A DNA stretch of 63,559 bases, counting the filler, from Reticulomyxa filosa (Eukaryota > Protista > Foraminifera): NCBI GenBank assembly GCA_000512085.1. It is 18 parts of 18 records of this genome, joined end to end, with 100 filler letters (N's around TTAATTAATTAA, not from the genome) between each part and the next. Parts side by side here need not be neighbours in the genome. Positions count along the whole stretch, not along the records: positions 60,607 to 63,559 come from ASPP01012949.1; 17 more parts are not named here. One strand, given 5' to 3'. Positions within the stretch are counted from its first letter, which is position 1. Every line of letters begins with the position of its first letter. A program made the position numbers and the translations under genes. Below, one piece after another: positions 61,646 through 63,559 of the stretch. A model generated the notes under the pieces. It saw only the letters and a program-made list of their open reading frames with translations. It did no database searches and was not told the origin of the DNA.

Positions 61646-63480
61646 ATGGAGTCACTTTTTTTCACCGATTACCCTTCACTTGATGTTGTAGTTCCAGGAG
61701 GCAAACAGGTAAGCCTAAGACAGTGACATGATCTATCAACCAGCACATTACGCTGTTGCTTTGTCTCACACTAAACGAATAGCTTGAGACAAAGCAAGTG
61801 ATAAAATCGCCATTGTTGTCAGCTGCAAACAGTACGTTTTCTAATTGTCTTGGCAAACAAATCAAATTTTGTCTTGTCTCTAAAAAAAAAAAAATGCATT
61901 AACGAACAAATCCAAACGACAAGAACACATCCGCAACAAACAAAAAAAAAAAGAAAAGAGAGCTTAGTGGAATTAAGTGTAGTGGAATCCGTGTCTTCGG
62001 AGAAAGAAGAAAAACAATTGGAAGACAATGCACCGGACACAGTTGCAGGGCAAGCGGAGTTGACATCTGACGTATACTTTGGTGGCGCATTGATATCAAA
62101 TGAAGATGACATTGCTTTGGCATACACAGAAAGCAAATGCGAAGTAACAACAGAGGCAATTGAAAATCCACCATTGTTTCTTTCCGGTGCAATCGCATGC
62201 ACGCAGAATGGGAACATACCTGCACGTGCGACATCGACTAGGTCGTCCAGGGAGCATAGAGTACATAAAAGCAAAAGCGACAATGGAAGCACAAGATATG
62301 ATACCGATGCTCCCGACAGCAACGTATATGATGCATCTCGTGTTCCTGTTCTTGCCAAAGAAAACATTGACAAAGATTTGTCTAGGGAGCATCTGGTCCT
62401 TAGCAACAGCAAGCAAGCAGTAGTGTCAATGAAGAATGAGCATGACCACGACGACGATCATTCGATTGCAGGAGAGGACAGCACCAAAACAAACGACATG
62501 AATATGATGCCTTGTTTCGACATTGATATTGATTACAACGATTCCGCAACGAAAATAGTCTGTCATGGTGCAATGGGACAGCTGGCCAAAGACTCATGGA
62601 TTGCTCCGCAATTAGTAGACACCTCGTCTCCAGCCCCGACTCAATGCAAAGTCCGCAGAAGCAAAGACACGTGCACAGAGCCACGTGCACAGAGACAACG
62701 ACCAGATGATGAAAGTAGGAGTAGGAGTAGGACACAGACGCAATGGAAGCTATTCCAGTTCAAAGCACTTTTGGTGAAAATGTTCAATCGATTGGTCCAT
62801 GAGTACGTATACAAAGAGTCAGAAGTTATAGAGGACGATGAGAAGAAAAAATATTGGATGGTGGAAATTATTTGTGTCATCGCCAAAGACGTCACGGACG
62901 TCGCAGCTGCGCAAAATGTGAATGGTAATGTCAATGTGATTGAGACGCATGATATGGCGGATGGACGGCAACAGCATCGATGGCAATACAAGTATGAGCA
63001 GTTGCATTTCAATGGCTCTCCCGCTTTAAACTACTTTGCCGTGTATGCGATGCTCGAGTCCATCGTGCTGCGCAATTACTCCAAGGTGACAATGACGTTG
63101 CTGCTGCCATTGCAGAAATTTTGCACATAGAGGCGGTCATTGATGACTTGGCCAAGAACGGTCATACACATGGCAAGACATATGTACACATAAATGACAC
63201 TGTGGCCGACAAGGAACGCTTCTTCATTGATCGGCTTACTCTGCAATTGATCGATATGAAAGCCAAAGTTTATCAGACGCTGCAGGATCTCTTCTTGCAT
63301 GACAAAGATAATCGTGCTCTTCGTTCAATTGAACTGTTTCCAAAACTTTGCAAACAAAAACCTCTTGCACCTTCCAAATCTGGGTCATATCATTCCAGCT
63401 TCTTATCTGACCCGGCACACATCGACTGCAAGTCCAATGCGTTTTCATTACAACAGATTAGAAGCAAATTGAAATCATTG
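61646..63480 (+). CDS. Hypothetical protein, divergent from the TAF6-like gene
   Basis: Probable first exon MESLFFTDYPSLDVVVPGGKQ, then the 426-aa ORF 61850-63130. Coding-like sequence continues in another frame (EILHIEAVIDDLAKNG...LRSIELFPKLC). Confidence 0.55.
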
Positions 63481-63527
63481 AGACAATCGTTTTCAGTTAC
63501 TTTTTTTTTTTTTTTTTTTTTTGAAAA

Positions 63528-63559
<32 letters not shown>

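Noticed and set aside
1-63559. rRNA, tRNA, telomeric repeats or prokaryotic operons
   Set aside because: None recognisable by eye. tRNAscan-SE and Infernal would be needed to exclude small RNAs.

Overview
This is AT-rich eukaryotic genomic DNA with short GT-AG introns. It is not one locus: 18 contigs are joined by 17 artificial 100-bp linkers (N44-TTAATTAATTAA-N44), so neighbourhood only means something within a contig. The content strongly resembles my recollection of the foraminiferan Reticulomyxa filosa (Rhizaria); this is an inference, not a database result. That content is expanded WD40 and Kelch genes sharing a 'WIRxLxIKxGWIxDFxKII' motif, NACHT+HEAT genes, and many pseudogenes. Recognisable genes: a class III nucleotide cyclase, a calcineurin B-like EF-hand protein, a CUB+SGNH membrane protein, a Rab escort protein/GDI, an RluA-type pseudouridine synthase, a TAF6-like histone fold, an MFS fragment, a Mieap-like coiled-coil protein and a giant low-complexity protein with a helical repeat. 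There is also a decayed LINE (zinc-knuckle ORF1, APE, RT) and several satellites. The best candidate for an undescribed system is a ~35-aa motif encoded as its own symmetric phase-0 exon. It sits N-terminal to WD40 propellers and C-terminal to a Kelch propeller, and in one gene it splices the two into a single Kelch-motif-WD40 protein. I hypothesise it is a lineage-specific, exon-shuffled adaptor box (analogous to F-box/SOCS-box) serving a fast-turnover repertoire of propeller receptors. No rRNA, tRNA or CRISPR array was found. Coordinates of degenerate features are approximate.
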